Below the pieces are notes generated by a model. That model did no database searches. It was not told where the DNA came from and was given only the letters and a program-made list of their open reading frames with translations. This document shows, piece by piece, positions 25,501-40,537 of a stretch of DNA of 64,000 bases. Origin of the DNA: Lepidodermella squamata (lineage: Eukaryota > Animalia > Gastrotricha); assembly GCA_047495785.1 (NCBI GenBank), contig JBLDXI010000020.1:1736001-1800000 (forward strand), given 5' to 3'. The position numbers and the translations under genes are program-made. Every line of letters starts with the position of its first letter. Within the stretch, counting starts at the first letter, position 1.

Positions 25501-28500
25501 AGACTGCGCGCTTCTTGCGTCATGTTGAGGAAAAAGCCGTCGGGCCGGTTCGGCGGCGCGTCGAGCAGCTGTTGAGCAGCAGCCATGGGCAGGAACGAGT
25601 CCGAGAAAATATCCGACCGATCCTTCAAATTAATCTGCCTCACGCCCGGCAGCGCCTTCACGTACGACAGCCCCATACCGACGCCGTCCTCGAAATTCGC
25701 CATCAGTGATTGCCACAACTGCGCCGGCGACGGCGTTGGCTGCGCCGCGTTCAGCGAAAATTCCAACTGCTTCGACGAGAATTGCAATGAAGGGAACGCG
25801 CGAACAATGCCGCGTAGCATCGCCTCGTTCGCCATACCCTCCAAATTCGGCGGCTCGCTCACCAACATCGGCATACGTTGTACCTGCTGTTGGCCGTCCA
25901 TCGGCGAGTCGTCATCGTTTTTATCCTGCTGCGAAGATGACCCGGCCTGGTCATTGGCGGTTTTATTACCGTCTCGCAGCAACGCCGTCGCGAAAAACGT
26001 CCAATGCGGCGAGTTCGGCTGGCTGCTCGACGACGGCGACGTCACGTTAGTCGCCATGAACGAACTGGCAGACGTCGGCGGCAGGAACCCGGCCCCGAAC
26101 GGCGGCGAGTTGCCATTCGGCGACGGGATGTTAGTCATACTCGCGTTTCGCACCTGCAAATCCCTCGCAAATTTTTGGTAGGTTAAAAACCCGTTTAGGA
26201 CATTGTTGTTGTTGTTATTCTGCCGTTGTTGCTCTTCCGGCGAGCCACTTCGCGTTAAATTCATCGCACTCTGGCCGAATCGGAAGGTTTCCGGGTTCGG
26301 GAAAACCGGTAAATTTCTCTGCGGCATCGCGAAAGGCGACGGCGCTAATTGCTGTTGTTGTTGCTGAGCTGGTGGCGATGGCGAGGCGAACCACGGCGGT
26401 GATATCGAGTCGCTGGCGGCGGCGGCGGTGAACGGCGAGTGCGGGCGGCCGTTGACGCCGATGGTTGCGCGGTGTTTTTTCGGAATGTACAGGTCCATGG
26501 TGGGGTCTGATAGGGACGGCGCGCCGACGCTTTGAGGCGGCGGGACTGATGATAGCGACGCGTGTTCTTGTTTCATCATCGACGAAACACTGAGCGGCGA
26601 GGCTATGCTACTGAAAGCACCGGGCGAAGCGGCAATACTGGCGGCACCGGCTGTAGAAGTCGATGTTTTGGTCTTCTTTCCTAAAAAAAAACAAGAAAAT
26701 CGAATTAATGAACTTTTTCAAATCAATTCCTCTCGATAAAATAGTTAAACGAACTCGCATTGTGCAATTATTATAGAAAAATCGGAAAAAACTTGAGTAA
26801 AAACTTTACGAAAATTCCACCTTAAAAATTATTTTTCAAATATTTGGACTTCCCGCGACTTGAAACTTTAATTTTCAAATTATTTTCAATCGGAGCACCC
26901 GGTTCCCTAAGGTCTAATGTCTTCCGGACTAGCATTGGATAGCCCGAGAACTCCTTTATAATTCTGTATTTGCGATCGAAATTATCGAATATTTTCGAAA
27001 ATTTCACTTGGGTGGCAAAGTAGAGAAAACCCAAAAACTGGCCGAATTTAGAGTGATGTGCTCTACGGAATTTGCACAATGAGTTGTCAGTTTTTATTGG
27101 GTTAAATTGAAACAAATTTTGAGCAGATGGCGCATCATCTGTTTTCCGAAGAAATTGGGAGAAATAACACATTTTGCACAGCTGAATTTCTTAGAAAAGT
27201 CCAGAATTAGCTGACTTTCACCTGAACTTCAGGTGAATGCCCTGTAAATACCAATCATCATTTCTTCATTTTTCTTTCGATAACTGAGAGAGCAACGCTC
27301 TTAGGATACCCTTGCCAATTTTCGTCTCAAAATGATCTTTTGTTGGGTGTCCCAAATCGACATTTCAGTCGCCTTGCTTATAACATTTCTTAAAAATCAA
27401 GCATTGCTTCAATCACCTTGGGGCTTGCGCCATTCGAAAGCTCAAGAGTCAGGGAATTTTATGCAACAAACCATGTTTTTTTATCAAAAATTCAGATTGC
27501 CTTTTTTGAATTCCGAAAGTTGAAGAAATTTACAAAAAATCCGTTATCGGTGGAATTAATAGTTTCGATAATCGACTTCACCTGCCATAACAACTTGAAC
27601 ATGTTTTCCCTTTGCATAGACTAGTTGAAATACAGGGATCTGTTTTTTTCAAAAAAATCTTAAAATCCCACCTTAAACAATAAGCTCATCCAACTTGTTG
27701 GCCCTTTTTTATTTACACTGCCTCTTCTTTTCTCGTCGCGTCTAACAATTCAATTTAGAGCCTATCGATTGACTTTTCATCAAATTGCTTCTATAAATTG
27801 CGTTCCAATTTTGCAGTTTTTGCACATTAAAATCACATTCCTCGATGAATTTTTAATTAGCGCATTCTCGCCTTGAAACAAGAGATGCATGTGATAAATG
27901 AATTTATCGATTCAGCAGTAATTTCCCTCCCTTCGCAAACGTGACATTACTCATACGGCTAATATTGGCATTTTTTATAGGTTTTAATGTGTATAGGGCG
28001 CAACACTCTACCTACGCATGATTTCGCAGCGGAAATTTAACATAAAAATTCCAAAGAGAACAAGAAAAATAATACCTTTCATTCGCATCCCGAGTTCGAG
28101 ACATTTGATAATACGGCAGCGCGAACAGCACCGGTTATTAGGCGTAATTTCACAGATTTGCTGCGGCACCTGGCCATCGCCTGTCGACGTCGATGCTGCC
28201 GAAGCAAGTGGCGGCATAGAGGCGTGATTCGACTCGTTTACGCATCGCAATTTCGGTAGAGAATTGCGATTTCTGATGAAAAATTTCTAGAAGAAAAAAT
28301 CGGGTAATTAAGATCCGTTTTTCGGAAAATTTAATTTCGACCCCCACGTAAAAAAGTGTACCTATTGAAATGACCACTTTTTATCCCGAGTAGGCGTGAC
28401 AGTCTCACATTTCAAAACATACCTTGCATGCTTCGCAAACGACGGCGCCACAACGACGTCCGACCGCTGACGATCCGCATACTTTGCAGTTAATTCTTTG

Positions 28501-28539
28501 GCCGGTTTCGTCGACTTGACTCGCGCGTTTCCGGCCCAT
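22596..28539 (-). CDS. Nuclear hormone receptor A (about 736 aa; exons 28539..28423, 28286..28076, 26680..25473, 23270..22596)
   Basis: C4 zinc fingers CKVC..CEACK|KFFIR..C..CSRCRIIKCLELGM; long Q/P/S/N-rich hinge; LBD signature YVKALPGVRQINLKDRSDIF; helix-12-like LLGELY; Q/P-rich tail. All junctions are GT-AG and phase-consistent. Confidence 0.9.
26924..27075. repeat. Dispersed repeat family (other copies at about 42612-42745 reverse, 51115-51320, 56160-56360)
   Basis: Shared core GCATT(C/T/G)GATA(G/A)C(C/T)CGAGAA..TATAATTCTGTA..GGCAAAGTAG..AACCCAAAA. Confidence 0.7.
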
Positions 28540-31500
28540 TTTAGTGACGGGCTCTTGATTAATTTTCGAACAGAATGATATAACAACAGGGAAGTTGTTC
28601 CCTTCGTCTCTCCTATTAATAAAGCGCAACAAGTTCAGAAAAAAATGTGTCTGGCACGTGCTGGAAAGCGTGGACCACGTCTGCGGACAAGATGAAAAAG
28701 TTTGACCTTCTAGATCAAGTCCGTACAACAAGGGCTAAATTTCACTGGCGTAATGAATTTTTAAAGCAAGGAAGAATGAATTTATATTGCGACGTGTCGC
28801 ACATCACGTGCAATGTGCCCGCCGGGACTAGTGGCACGTAATATCATCCGAAATAATCATCTAAAAATTCGGCATTTTTTATGGCAGAAAAGGGGATGGA
28901 ATTACGTTAATGAATGGCGATGGGACAAGCTAAGAAATGTTGCCCTTTCAAAGTTTTTTCATCACGAAAAAATTAGTACTAACATAGTGAATAAGGCATG
29001 GTGGCGGTGGCCTTTGTAGCACAACGTTGCACCTGAATACGCATTATTAGACGGCCCATTTTAATGGACGGCGAGAGAGAGAGAAAAAAACAAAGCATAA
29101 ACACGTATTACAGGTGACATGCATGGCTCGTTATCAGACCAGCCCGGCCGGTTGCATTTCGAGAAACATTTGGATAAAGAATGAATGACGATAATAAAAG
29201 CTCCACCTTAATAATCTTCGCGTTGTTTTCCTAAAAAAAACAATCTTTGAAATGTTCATGGTGATGTTCCCAATTTCCCAGAATGAGGATGATCGTGTAG
29301 TTTGGCATAGGACAGACATCGCACGCTTCATCCGCTAGTTTGCTTTTTTACTGCACGCGATGGGCGCAAAAAAATCAATGTGGCAAAGCGTGGACCTACT
29401 AGACACACATTCGATAGCAGCAGACTGCACATGCGTTCGACGCAAGGAGTTTTATTATTCAAACGCGCACACGGGACGGCATAGGACACATTTTTAATAA
29501 TATTAGTTGTTGCTTAGTAGAAGAAACCACACATACATGATGACAGAAAGCACGGCGATATCCGCACGCAGTAGCAGTGTCTATGTGAAACTTTTATCGC
29601 AGCGCGTCAACTATCACACACGACGCTCATGTACCGAATAATAATAGTAATAATACTAGTAATAAAACAACGAAAAAAACAGACACCTATAAAATCGATG
29701 CCAATAAAACGATGGCATTTGAAATTCACTAAAAATCGAATAAGTAAATAATGGGTAATACGATTAAACATCAAGGTCTGGTTGTATTTATGAAACTACA
29801 GTCAAGACAGGTAAACATGCGATTATAAAAGAAGCCCGCCATGTGAAACACAAAATTACTATATAACCTGCGTACCACACATCATTTTCGTAAATATTAT
29901 ACGCAGCTTATACAGTGCGTAGTAATGAGAAAGAGAGAAAGAGAGAAGCAACTATTAAAACGTAGATAGGTATTTGTTATTACCAACACGGCGTGAACGA
30001 ACAGCTGCAAGTAGTAGTAGCATAGGTACATCTAACTCTCGGCCGCCGTCGTCGTTGCTGTAAAATTTTACGAAGCCCCACACATACACACGCACATGCT
30101 CATATTACACACACACACAGCAGCCCAAAAGTTGAAAAAAGCCCGTCAGCAACATCAGTCCTTTATGTCCGAAAAAAGTATCAAAAGGCCACACGCTCAC
30201 ACACCACGCATCTTTGAATAGCAAAATTACCGGGAATGGCAGGTGATTCAAAGATTTTCCAGTCAGAAAATTCCAATGTCCCACTTATGAGATCAAAAAA
30301 ATAACTGGGCTTTTTTCAGGAAAATACGAGCAAAAAACTAATCCCGGCATCAAGAGACATATTAATAATTACATAAGAGCTAATAAATTTAAAAGCCGTC
30401 TGCTTGCGAAATAAATCAAATTTAAACAAAAAATTATTTATCGTCGACAGAACAATTTTTTTCGGCCGCGGATCATCGTCACAATACAGGACAGCGTGTG
30501 TGTAGTGAAATAACAATTTTGGGAAAGGGCTAAAAAAATGCGTGAGTGTTTGCCCATGTGTATGTTCTAGACATCACATATCGGCTGTGTGGCGGCGATA
30601 TCGATTATTTTTCAACTGAAGCTGCACTGCGTAAGAGACCACGCGCGATACGAATTCTGCTCCACATTAATAATAATGGCATCAAGCTCAAAGCAGCGAT
30701 TATGCCTAGACTCTAGACTCATGCATATGCCTAGAAAAGAGGTGAAGGAAAAAATCGATTCGGATTTATCGTCGGCTCAATGCGTCGCAGAATAAATTGA
30801 GACACGGGTACTTGAGTAAAAACGGCACAGACAAGCATTATCACGAGTTTTTTTCAGGCATTATTTTTTGGACCAAATCAATAATTGTGACCTATCTAAC
30901 CAAGTACAAGACTTGCCTAAAAAATGAAGGAAGTTAGGGAACAAATTTGCTCCGCTGAGTGCACCACATTAAAGACAATAGTAAATGCACACATCGGAAT
31001 GAGGACAGAAAGCCGACAGAGAAGATGACCTAATTCTCAACAGGACGACTAAACCTCGGCAGCGCGTGAGATTTTCCTCATAATTATTCACACAAAGGAC
31101 GCGTGGTCGATCAAAATGATAAGGCTTTTCCCCCGGACAAGATGATGCTAGTCAGCTTGAAACACGCGTCCCCTAGCTCGTAGCTAACTATTAAATTACA
31201 TCAAAGATAAGATTAGAGAATTTCGGGCAGATAATCGATAGAACTACGCAGGTGACATTAAGATCGGTGATAGCGCAGTCTCACATGACCCTCGAGCCAC
31301 TATTATGATGTTTATTTAAACTGAGCTATCGGGCAGTTTTTTGAGAAAATGAAGAGGGGAAAATGTCGGGGTCACGAAATAACGGACGGCGCAATTTGAT
31401 AAAAAATTATTAATCACAATAAAGGTCGAAAGATACGAGCTTAGATGGCACACACAGGCCGGCAATTAAGAGCAAAACACAATAATGTCACATGGCCCCA

Positions 31501-33939
31501 TTTGGTAGGAAAATCGTCTCAGCTGCAGTGTTCGCGATAAAATCCGCCGCGCCCGGGACACAAAGCTTGAAAGCGGGACTTGATTTTGTGAATAATGCTA
31601 TATCAAAATGACCTGACTTCGGCCATGGACAAAACTCGTTGTGATAACATGCGTCTGTGTGTGTGATAAGGCCAAACTACGAGTGTTGGGTGCATTTTTA
31701 CGCAGCATAAGCCGCCGGTTGCTGCTATGATGGCCGTCATGTTTAATATGGCCGTGGTTCGCTTATACTCGGTGTACCACATTTGCGTGGATTGGTTTAC
31801 CTGGTCTTATTATACTCACCTGGCAAAGTATTTACGCACAAACAACCGGGCCATATAAAAGACGAATGGCCCGTAAAAACGGGGCCAAAGAATGAGACAC
31901 CGCAATCCGTTCCTTGGGACAATATATTTTGTGACATGAAACAAAAGTGCTAATATCTCAAAAACAAAAGGTAAAAAATAACAAAAATGCATATTACTCG
32001 CAATTTCTGAAAAAAGCTAGAAAGATCGACTTAACCTAAAAAGTTCAACCTTAAAAAAATTAAAGAAAGGCTTTATTATTCTTATATTATTATTATAAAG
32101 AATTGTTATTATAATTTATAATTAATATTAACAGAAATATTCTACTAAATATTATTCATTTCTCAGTGTTCCGCGTTCTAATTTTTCGGCGAAATTATAC
32201 TATACTAAGCACATCGCGGAATTTTGTTCAGCTGCCTTGGTTTTTAGTGAGGTACGGATGTTTGCCGATAAAAAAGTCGCATGATAATATAAATTCTCCG
32301 CAGAATATCATGTCATAGTGTGTGCCGAAAAAATGATCTAATAGTGGACAACTAATTTGGAACAAAAAATCGAAAAAATCAATCGTTACGATCATTGTTA
32401 GTAATAAAAAATGAGCACAGACAAAGCGATTATTATTTATAGATACCCCACTTTATGCGGGTCGTCGGTTTCGATAAAATAGAATCGAAATTCTTTCGTT
32501 AAAATATCGTCAGATTGACAACGTTTACTGTGATATCAGAAAACTTGTCCTAGGTCAGATTTATTCTAGATATAAGACGCGATAGGTAAACAACAACCGG
32601 CGTCTTAGATGAGCTGCCTCGAACTTGGAGGTACTCGCTACGCAATAGAATGTGCAGATTTATTGCACGTGGTAAAATGTACGCTCATATCAATCATAAC
32701 ACACGTAACATACGCGCTGAAGACAGAATGAGTAACTGAAGTCAAGAGAGTTCACGTGAGCTATCTCCTTACCTACGCCATTAAAAATCCTAAGACTGCA
32801 GCGAGTGAGATGAAGAGAGAAGCAGCGTGTTTCATTTTTGTATCTCTCTCTGCGGATAAAATTCTGCTGCGAATCGTTGTTTGGCCCTATTATATATATA
32901 TATATATTCCTACCAGAACTATTATAAGCGCTTGCTATGCTTCATACCTGTATTAAATATACCGCCGTAGAAGAAATATATCGCGATAAGTATAGTATAT
33001 GTTGAGCTGATTCACGCCGGGCCATAATAAAACTGGTACATCATCGCTGCGCAGGATCCACACGCATTGATTATATATGAAGGTAAGTACCAAATGTTAT
33101 ATATGGCCCGTTTTTTTGCGTTGGCACCGAGTCTCAAACTGGAGCGTATAATATTATAGATGTGTATACTGTGTTTAAGTAACGCTTTTTTTGCTTAATA
33201 TCTGTTGTTCAAACAGACTCTAGGCCTATTTTTTTACCATTACCAAGCTGTGATATCATAATATATTTACATCTTAAATTTCACAGGATAAATAGGGACC
33301 TACTAGGTCTCTTTTTCAATTATGAACAGTTGAATGAAAGGACCGAGCGACCAAATAATAATAATAAATAATAAATAGGCATTAGCTTCACTGTCCTGGT
33401 AATAAGACATAAGCTTTGCACGTGTTTTGGGCTAACATCGAAAAGGCGACCGAGATGAGATCTATGACTATGCTTCAAAACATCACAGGGTACAGCTGGG
33501 CACACTTTTGCGAGTGGGAGACGCCTTTTTACCCGTCTTATTTCTCAATATTTCAAATAATTGATCAACGCAATATACTCGATTCTTTCAAAATTTGACA
33601 GAACAGAAAGATAGGAATCGGGCCAACCATTTGCTTGGGATATTATGTTCCCGCTTTTCGATGGATTAAAGTTCAACGGATCCAGTTGAACAAATATAAT
33701 ACATCTCGTCGTATAGCACATTCCGGACGTGAGCTTTGCGGCAAAAAGCAATTTTGACAAAAATAAAGCTTAAAACGGAATTGAACAAAAAATATATTCC
33801 CAGTAGAAAAATTGCTGAAAGTCGGTTTTATATTTCAACAAAAAACATCGGTGAGATGAGCCTGTAACTCAGAAAGGAAAGCTTTTCGCGATAATTACCC
33901 AGAGTGAACGAAAATAGGTTCTCCAAACCCCTCGCCTCG

Positions 33940-34130
33940 CAGGGTTGTGATCAAGGGAAAATTGTAATTTTGCGATTTTTTCTTACGCAACAATGAACGA
34001 GCCGTTATAAGAGCCAAATTCTACCTGTCGTTAGCCATACCTAAGAGCTACCTGTGGTAGAAAAAGTGGCCCGCCCATTCAAATGTTTTCAAGACTCAAA
34101 GTCTGCACTTTTCTTTTGATCACAACCCTG
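33940..34130. mobile_element. Small MITE with 15-bp perfect TIR (hAT-like CAGGG end)
   Basis: CAGGGTTGTGATCAA ... TTGATCACAACCCTG; no intact TSD found. Confidence 0.55.
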
Positions 34131-37100
34131 CTGTCGGGTTTCGGTAACTAAGCAAAAATTTCCAAATTGTTTGCTCCCAATTATTATAATTGAGAAATTA
34201 TTGAGAAGAATATTACTATTTTAAGGAAGAGGGCAAATAAAAAAGATTTTCATTTGAGACAGAAGCGGCCGTTTAATCCAGGTGCCATATTTATATTTGT
34301 AGTCGAGTGAATCAGCGATTACCTCAACCCGTATGAAATAATTGCTCATTTCGGACATTAATTTGACCCAGGCCGTCCGTTTTTCACGGGTTTCGCTATT
34401 ATGAGCTCAGCTGTATGTACCGAGATTTTTTTTATCGCAGCCGAAAAAGGATAACTATTCACAGATATGTATTTTTCTGAAGCGAGAATTTAAAAAACGA
34501 CATCAAAAAGGTCAATAGCTGCTGTAATAGTGGTGAAATTCACGGAATACGATCATTCATCTTACGCTTGCGATTATCGGCCTGCAGCTGGTTACACAAA
34601 GGATGGCGTATATTCCCACCAGCCATAATATAAGATATCTACCAGCATCACCATCGTCGTCTCATAACCGGTAATGACATGAGGCTTGTGGGCGCTCAAC
34701 TTACCACGCGTTGAACTAGTTATTGATAGAATAATGACAAGTAAAATGCAGAGGTAAAAACGCTGTCCTTAGAATCGCCGTCACCATCACGGACAAGAAG
34801 AAGACATATTTCGCATGTTTTTCCCAAAGTCGAAGCTCTTCCTGCAGAAAGCAAGCAGGTGAGATGGTTATTTTCCGCATTTAATTAGCCCGCTTCTGCA
34901 ACTCAACACGCCCGTAATTATAGGGGTAATTTAACTTCTTCCGATTTCAGAGGCCGCCATTTCCCTGGCAGACCGATTTATTATCTGCTTTTATTACACG
35001 CGCAGCGAGGGCCCCTCGTGTCATTAGCGTAGGTCAGTTTTCCATTCAATTTTATGACCCAATACCATCTACTTCGCGAGCTCCGAGTTACCTAAAAATC
35101 TGTCTGTTAGAATACAAGACTGCATTGCTGAACAAAAAATCGCGATAAAAATTTTAATGGAATTTTTTGTTCAAAATTTTAAACTGCCAACTGTAACAAA
35201 ACTTTCCGTTGCGTGTTGCAAGGTAACTGTTATCTGTCTGAGATTTGTCTGTTCCTGCGTTTTTAGGCCATTTTTCACACTCTTCTTCAGTTTAGCGGCG
35301 CGTTTATCAGGCTTGTTTGTGTTTATACGATTGGCGACGGCGCGTGCGGTTTTAACGAAAAATATGTTTTGTTCCCAGAATGTTGCATTTTTTTTGCTCA
35401 GACATTTCCAAATTTTTCGGAATCATGAACGCCCTATTGTTTTTTCCATAGATTTATGTTTCATTGAATTTCCATTTTGTGTGAGCTCCGATTGGAAATT
35501 TTCCAAACGCTCGCAATTGTTGCGCAGCAGAGAGTTATCGCTGACAATTGTGCCGTCGTTTCTGCAATTTGTGGCAAATGCTCCAATTATGCAATGGATT
35601 TGTCTTTTTCGAACTCCCTCACATTTTTTTCAACCAATTTTTCTGAAACAACTATTTCTAGGTCAAATTTCACCCCAAGGGCAAAAGTAATTAGGATAAA
35701 TCGGTATTTTTAATGTTTATTTACGAAATTACGGCAACGACGTTATCGATGGCGACATTGTTCGAATAGAGCGCTCGATGTCGACCACTAGTTGACGATC
35801 CTTCTGCTACTTGCTATATCTGCTAGAGTACTAATCCCTCCTCATGCCAGCAGTCTAGGTGACTACAAAATTTACCATAAATCAAGGCAAAATCGCCCGG
35901 ACTTGCGGGAACCAGCATTCGATATAGCCCAAAGACTCTTCTATAACTTCATATTTGCCGACTATTTTTTTCAAATTCACCTGGCGGGCTAATTAGGAAA
36001 ACCCCTAAATTTACAGCGCGATACTCTATGTAGCACCATGTGACCATTCGCATCACAGCGGCTTCCATCTGATTGTGGTCCCCCACAATAATAAGTAAAC
36101 GACTTCAAAGAAAGTAGAGCGCAACAATGTTTTTAGTGCACGCGGACGCGTTTGTTACTTGATGATCCGCATGTTTTGCAAGTCATGCTTTCATTTTGCT
36201 TTGAAGATGCATGGAAATGGAAGCCAACAGGCCAACTGACCTAGTTGTGCGAAGGGTGGCGTAAGTGTCGCGCGCGCAATTTTCGCAATTCGCAATGGTC
36301 AAATGAATTATTTTTATTATTCCTCCTCCTTTCAGGCATTGTGCTATTAATTAGAAAGAAAGAGAGCCTTGCCGGTGAGGGTTTAGGCGATCGGCTTCAG
36401 TGGCCGACAGTCAGTCGCGAACAACCCGCTTATACTGCGTAATTTCCGATGCTGTTACACACTAATTACCTACCATTCATCTCGATCCCTGTAGCAGTTA
36501 TTTCCGTCAGTTCTAAATCCACAATTTTGTGAATTTCGTTGCATGTCTTGGGCGTCTTGGCTATTTGTCGGGGCGCAAACGAGGCTTTATAGTCACCCAA
36601 CGATGCCTTAATTAACTGAAATTATTTCGAAATAAATCTCCATAAAATTATCCGAAATTATTAGACTGATGATTATTCGACTGGAAGTGGCAACCGAATA
36701 CGATTGATACGATTTCATCAAGTCTGCCATCAATTCACTCATCAGCCGTAAATACCGAATTAAGGCACTTCAAATGACTCTGTAAACCTCTACCGTCTAA
36801 TTCGGTTCTGGAATTAAATTAACCCTGCCCTGGTGGCCTTAAAGCTTAGAATAGCTGGGAATTTCTGGGGAATTTTCTTGGAATTTTTAAGAAGAGCAAA
36901 TTTTAAAGTTTGAAAATTGGACGCTTGGCGAGTTCATAATTTTCAAATTTCTCCAACGAAAATTTTACTCCGAATTCTTTCCTCGTTGCATTATCTAAAG
37001 TTATCTAGGATTTTTCGAACTATTTGACGAAAAATCGATCTTGAACCTAATGAGTTCGGAATTCGAGGACGAGAAATGGCGATTCGAACTGATTCGAGAA

Positions 37101-40100
37101 TCGGCGGAATAAAACGTGAAAAGAAGTTTGGCAAGTTTTTTTCTGTGCTCATTGACCTCATTTTCTCGTATTTTTTCCGCGTGCGTTTTCTGGAACAATC
37201 GAGTAATTGTATCATCTCTCCATTCATAAACAGGATTGTGTGTTTTTCACTTAGATAGCCGGACTTCTTGAAGGCAACAAATAAAACCTGTTCAATCATA
37301 AGCAGAGATAGCGAAGCATAACGTATGCGTGATGTTTTATTTCAGCCTCACAGCTTTGAGATTGCCCTGTATAAAACTGTAATAAGGAAATTATCGATGC
37401 GGTTTTCAATCAGTCAATAGGTATAGAGTTTCTTTGGAAAGCAGTCAAAACGAAAATTCTGATTAATATAAGTAAAATCACAAAATTTCATTAATTGCTG
37501 TTGTCACTTTTCAACTTTCAGAAAAATTTAACGCACTCTATATAGACCTAGTTTTATCGATTGCTGAAAAACGCATCGATAATTTCCGCCTTACAGTAGT
37601 AGGGTAATCGTAAAATGGCGAGGCGAATAAAACATTGCGCATGCTTTAGTCTGTCATTCACTATTCGACGAACCATGCAGCATGCGCAGCTGATACGACT
37701 TGTCAAATTGTCATTTTTCGGTCATTTTTTGCCGTTGCTTGGACCAACACGCCTGCCATTCTATGGCTCATTTTTTTCGGCCTGCATCGTGAGCAGATAA
37801 TTATAAGAAATACAGAATTGGAATCAATGGCGTGCACACAGGTTTTTTTTATGGATTTGTTTCATTTTTACGAATTTTGCTTGTTAGTTTTACTCATTTT
37901 TTCAATTACGGAGTAGATAGGAGCGTTGAATTTTCGATATGAATTATCCTAAAAAAATCGTGAAAATACTTGGAGTGAATGAAGTTTATAAGAAGAATAC
38001 AATGAAAAATCTCAATAATTTTATAAGATGATGCCTTGTGAATACCTAGCTTTTGATGTCTGCGCTGGGCCTGGTGAATGGTCATTATAGATGATCGCGG
38101 CCTTGTAGTTCTAGAAAATTGACGATCTGATTGTGTTTCTTTTGTTTTTTCGTTGGGGAGGTTTTCGCCTAATAAAAATGGCGATTGAGGCGCAAGTTAT
38201 CAGCAATTTTAGAATATATTGAAGCTGTAAAACTGAACTGAAAAGAAAGCTGAGCTGGCGAAATCATCGTGTTATGATTCTAGAAAATTTGTCTTGTTAT
38301 AATAATTTTGTTGAGTCATAGCTGAGGATAGAAGGAACAGCTTGTGTGACGGAATTTCTTTCCGTAGTTCAGTCGTTATCGGACCCGAATCAGGCCGAAT
38401 GGTGTCGCGGAAATAATAGCAAACTGCTTTAAACCGGACTTGCGTTGAATCGGGCCGAATTTTACTGAATTATTAGGAAATGCGAATTGTTGTTTGTTTG
38501 CTTGGAAAGCAACTCATACGCTGGATATCTGAAATATCGAATTTTCAACTTTAACGATAGGGATTATATAGGGAAAGCGTACGAGTGAGCTGAAAAACGT
38601 CTATAGAGGGTCTATTATTTGTTTTGAGTTGAACAAGTCTATAAGTTTGGCTAAATTGTTTGCTGTGGGCTTTTGCGGAACCTGGCATAATAGCATTTCA
38701 TAAATCGTCAAATGCAATTATTGGCCTTGAATATCTTCGAGAAATAATAACTAAATCGAACTTGATCGCGCTTAATTAATGATTATAAGCCCTATCATGT
38801 GGTATCATGTTAAGCCTGAGGGGTGAAATTGTAGTGTAACGACTAATTTCATCCGAAAACCGAAAACCGACGTGAAATTAATCTCGGTGCCAAGTTTGAT
38901 TCAAAGCGAAAAGGTAAGAAAAGTAAGACTAGTAGGAATAGGACAACAATAGGAAGGAATGGGCTTTTCATTCCCCTGGTGTTATCGAAGCCTATGCAAG
39001 GAATCAATTTCACTAGTGTGCATTAATTTTCGAGCTTATTTGCCCTCCTGTACTTACCGGAACCAGATTTGCTATTGCGGAACCAAATGCGACGATGAAA
39101 TGAACGATTCATCGAAAATTAATTAACGAATTTTTCACAATTTCGAGGTTGAAATTTTAGTGGCCCGAGCGGCTATTCTAGTTACGTTCCGCAACTCAAA
39201 TTCGATTCCGCTACAGCTCTTTGAGGGGGTTTTCCTCTAGCCCTTTTATTTGCCAGGGTTTTTCTCTTTTTCAGTGGATATTTTCGACAGAATATCTTTT
39301 AGCGGAACCTAATTTGCTGTAGCGGAACCAAATATGCTGTAATGGGACCAAATTTGCATTTTGCGGAACCAAAGCCAAAATATGCCCAAAGTCATTTCGT
39401 AAATAATTCTAGGAATTTCAGGCGATGCATTAGTTTTGAATTGAACACTCTTGTCTTATAGAGAATTACGGATGATTTTTCTGTAGAATTATTGTAGTCA
39501 ATCTTGACCCGCAAGAAATATCCGAAACGTGATTTCAGGCAACTAGAAAAATCCAAAATTTGGTTCCGGTGGTAAGGAGGGCCCTATTTTCGACATTGAT
39601 CTTAGGGCCAAGACCAAATAGCGTAATTCAAGATTTGGTCATCCTTTGTGTTCACATTTTCACGTAACTCCGCAACTATAAGGACTTTTTGATGGGATTT
39701 ACAGCTATTGATAAGTCGTGAGCGCGGTTAAATTTGCTGTAAGTATCGTAGAAAAGGATTAAAGCGGAAATAGCGGCAGCTAAAATGCGTTTGGCGATTC
39801 TAGACTCTAAACGAAATAATGGTAAACCGCGCCGATTTTCGGCAACTTAGGTATCGCTTTGACAACTCGCTCCAAAGGCTAGGGGCGTCCAATACTTGAG
39901 CGCGAACAGGTTTGTGATCGGAACGAGCCGACATTTAATCCAGCTTATTCCACGCTATTCCTTGATTGACATGCGTAAACTTCTCAATTTGGAAGAAATA
40001 GCCCCAAAAGAGCGGATCGAATGGAGACAACACGCTACAAACGACGTTTACTCCAGAACAAATCGAAATTATTGCTAATTAATGTGTGAAATTATTTGAA

Positions 40101-40537
40101 AATTAGTTGAGATTTTTTAAGGATAAATCGAGAAGTTTGGGACTGTGTGATAAATTTGCCCCAAAAAATTGCGAATAACTACCTAATGAATTTTGCGCGA
40201 AATTCGGATGAAACTTGAAAAATTTGCAGGTGAAGCAACCTCGCTTTTTCTCGTCTTGATTTGTCGCTCTCCCTTTAAAATGCAACTTTGATGTGAACGC
40301 CTTTTATTACCTAGAAAATGAGGGACGAACCTATTGTTTGCTCACAATCAAAGAGTGCGACGCAACAAGACAGTTGAATCGCTCCAAATTTACTCCTCAA
40401 TAATGTAGAAAAGCTTCCGAAAGCGGTTTTTTCGAGGTTTTCTGCATTTAATTGTCGAGTAAATTAAAAATTAATTTCACGAAGTTAATAAGGGAGAAAA
40501 TATTTGCTTCTCTAGATCACAACTCTTTGCACGCTTA

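Noticed and set aside
25416-26186. Long + strand ORFs (25585..26181 and others; also 22568..22873, 53472..53885, 57917..58288, 20066..20611)
   Set aside because: Antisense shadows of GC-rich real exons.
26681-28075. Possible hidden second DBD exon making receptor A a 2DBD receptor
   Set aside because: No C4 zinc-finger-coding segment found by eye; the intron holds a dispersed repeat and the flanking exons join in phase.
35157-35690. 177-aa ORF and other 60-140 aa ORFs in the 29-52 kb interval
   Set aside because: Phe/Leu/Lys-rich composition typical of AT-rich non-coding DNA or repeats; no motifs or coherent splice structure.
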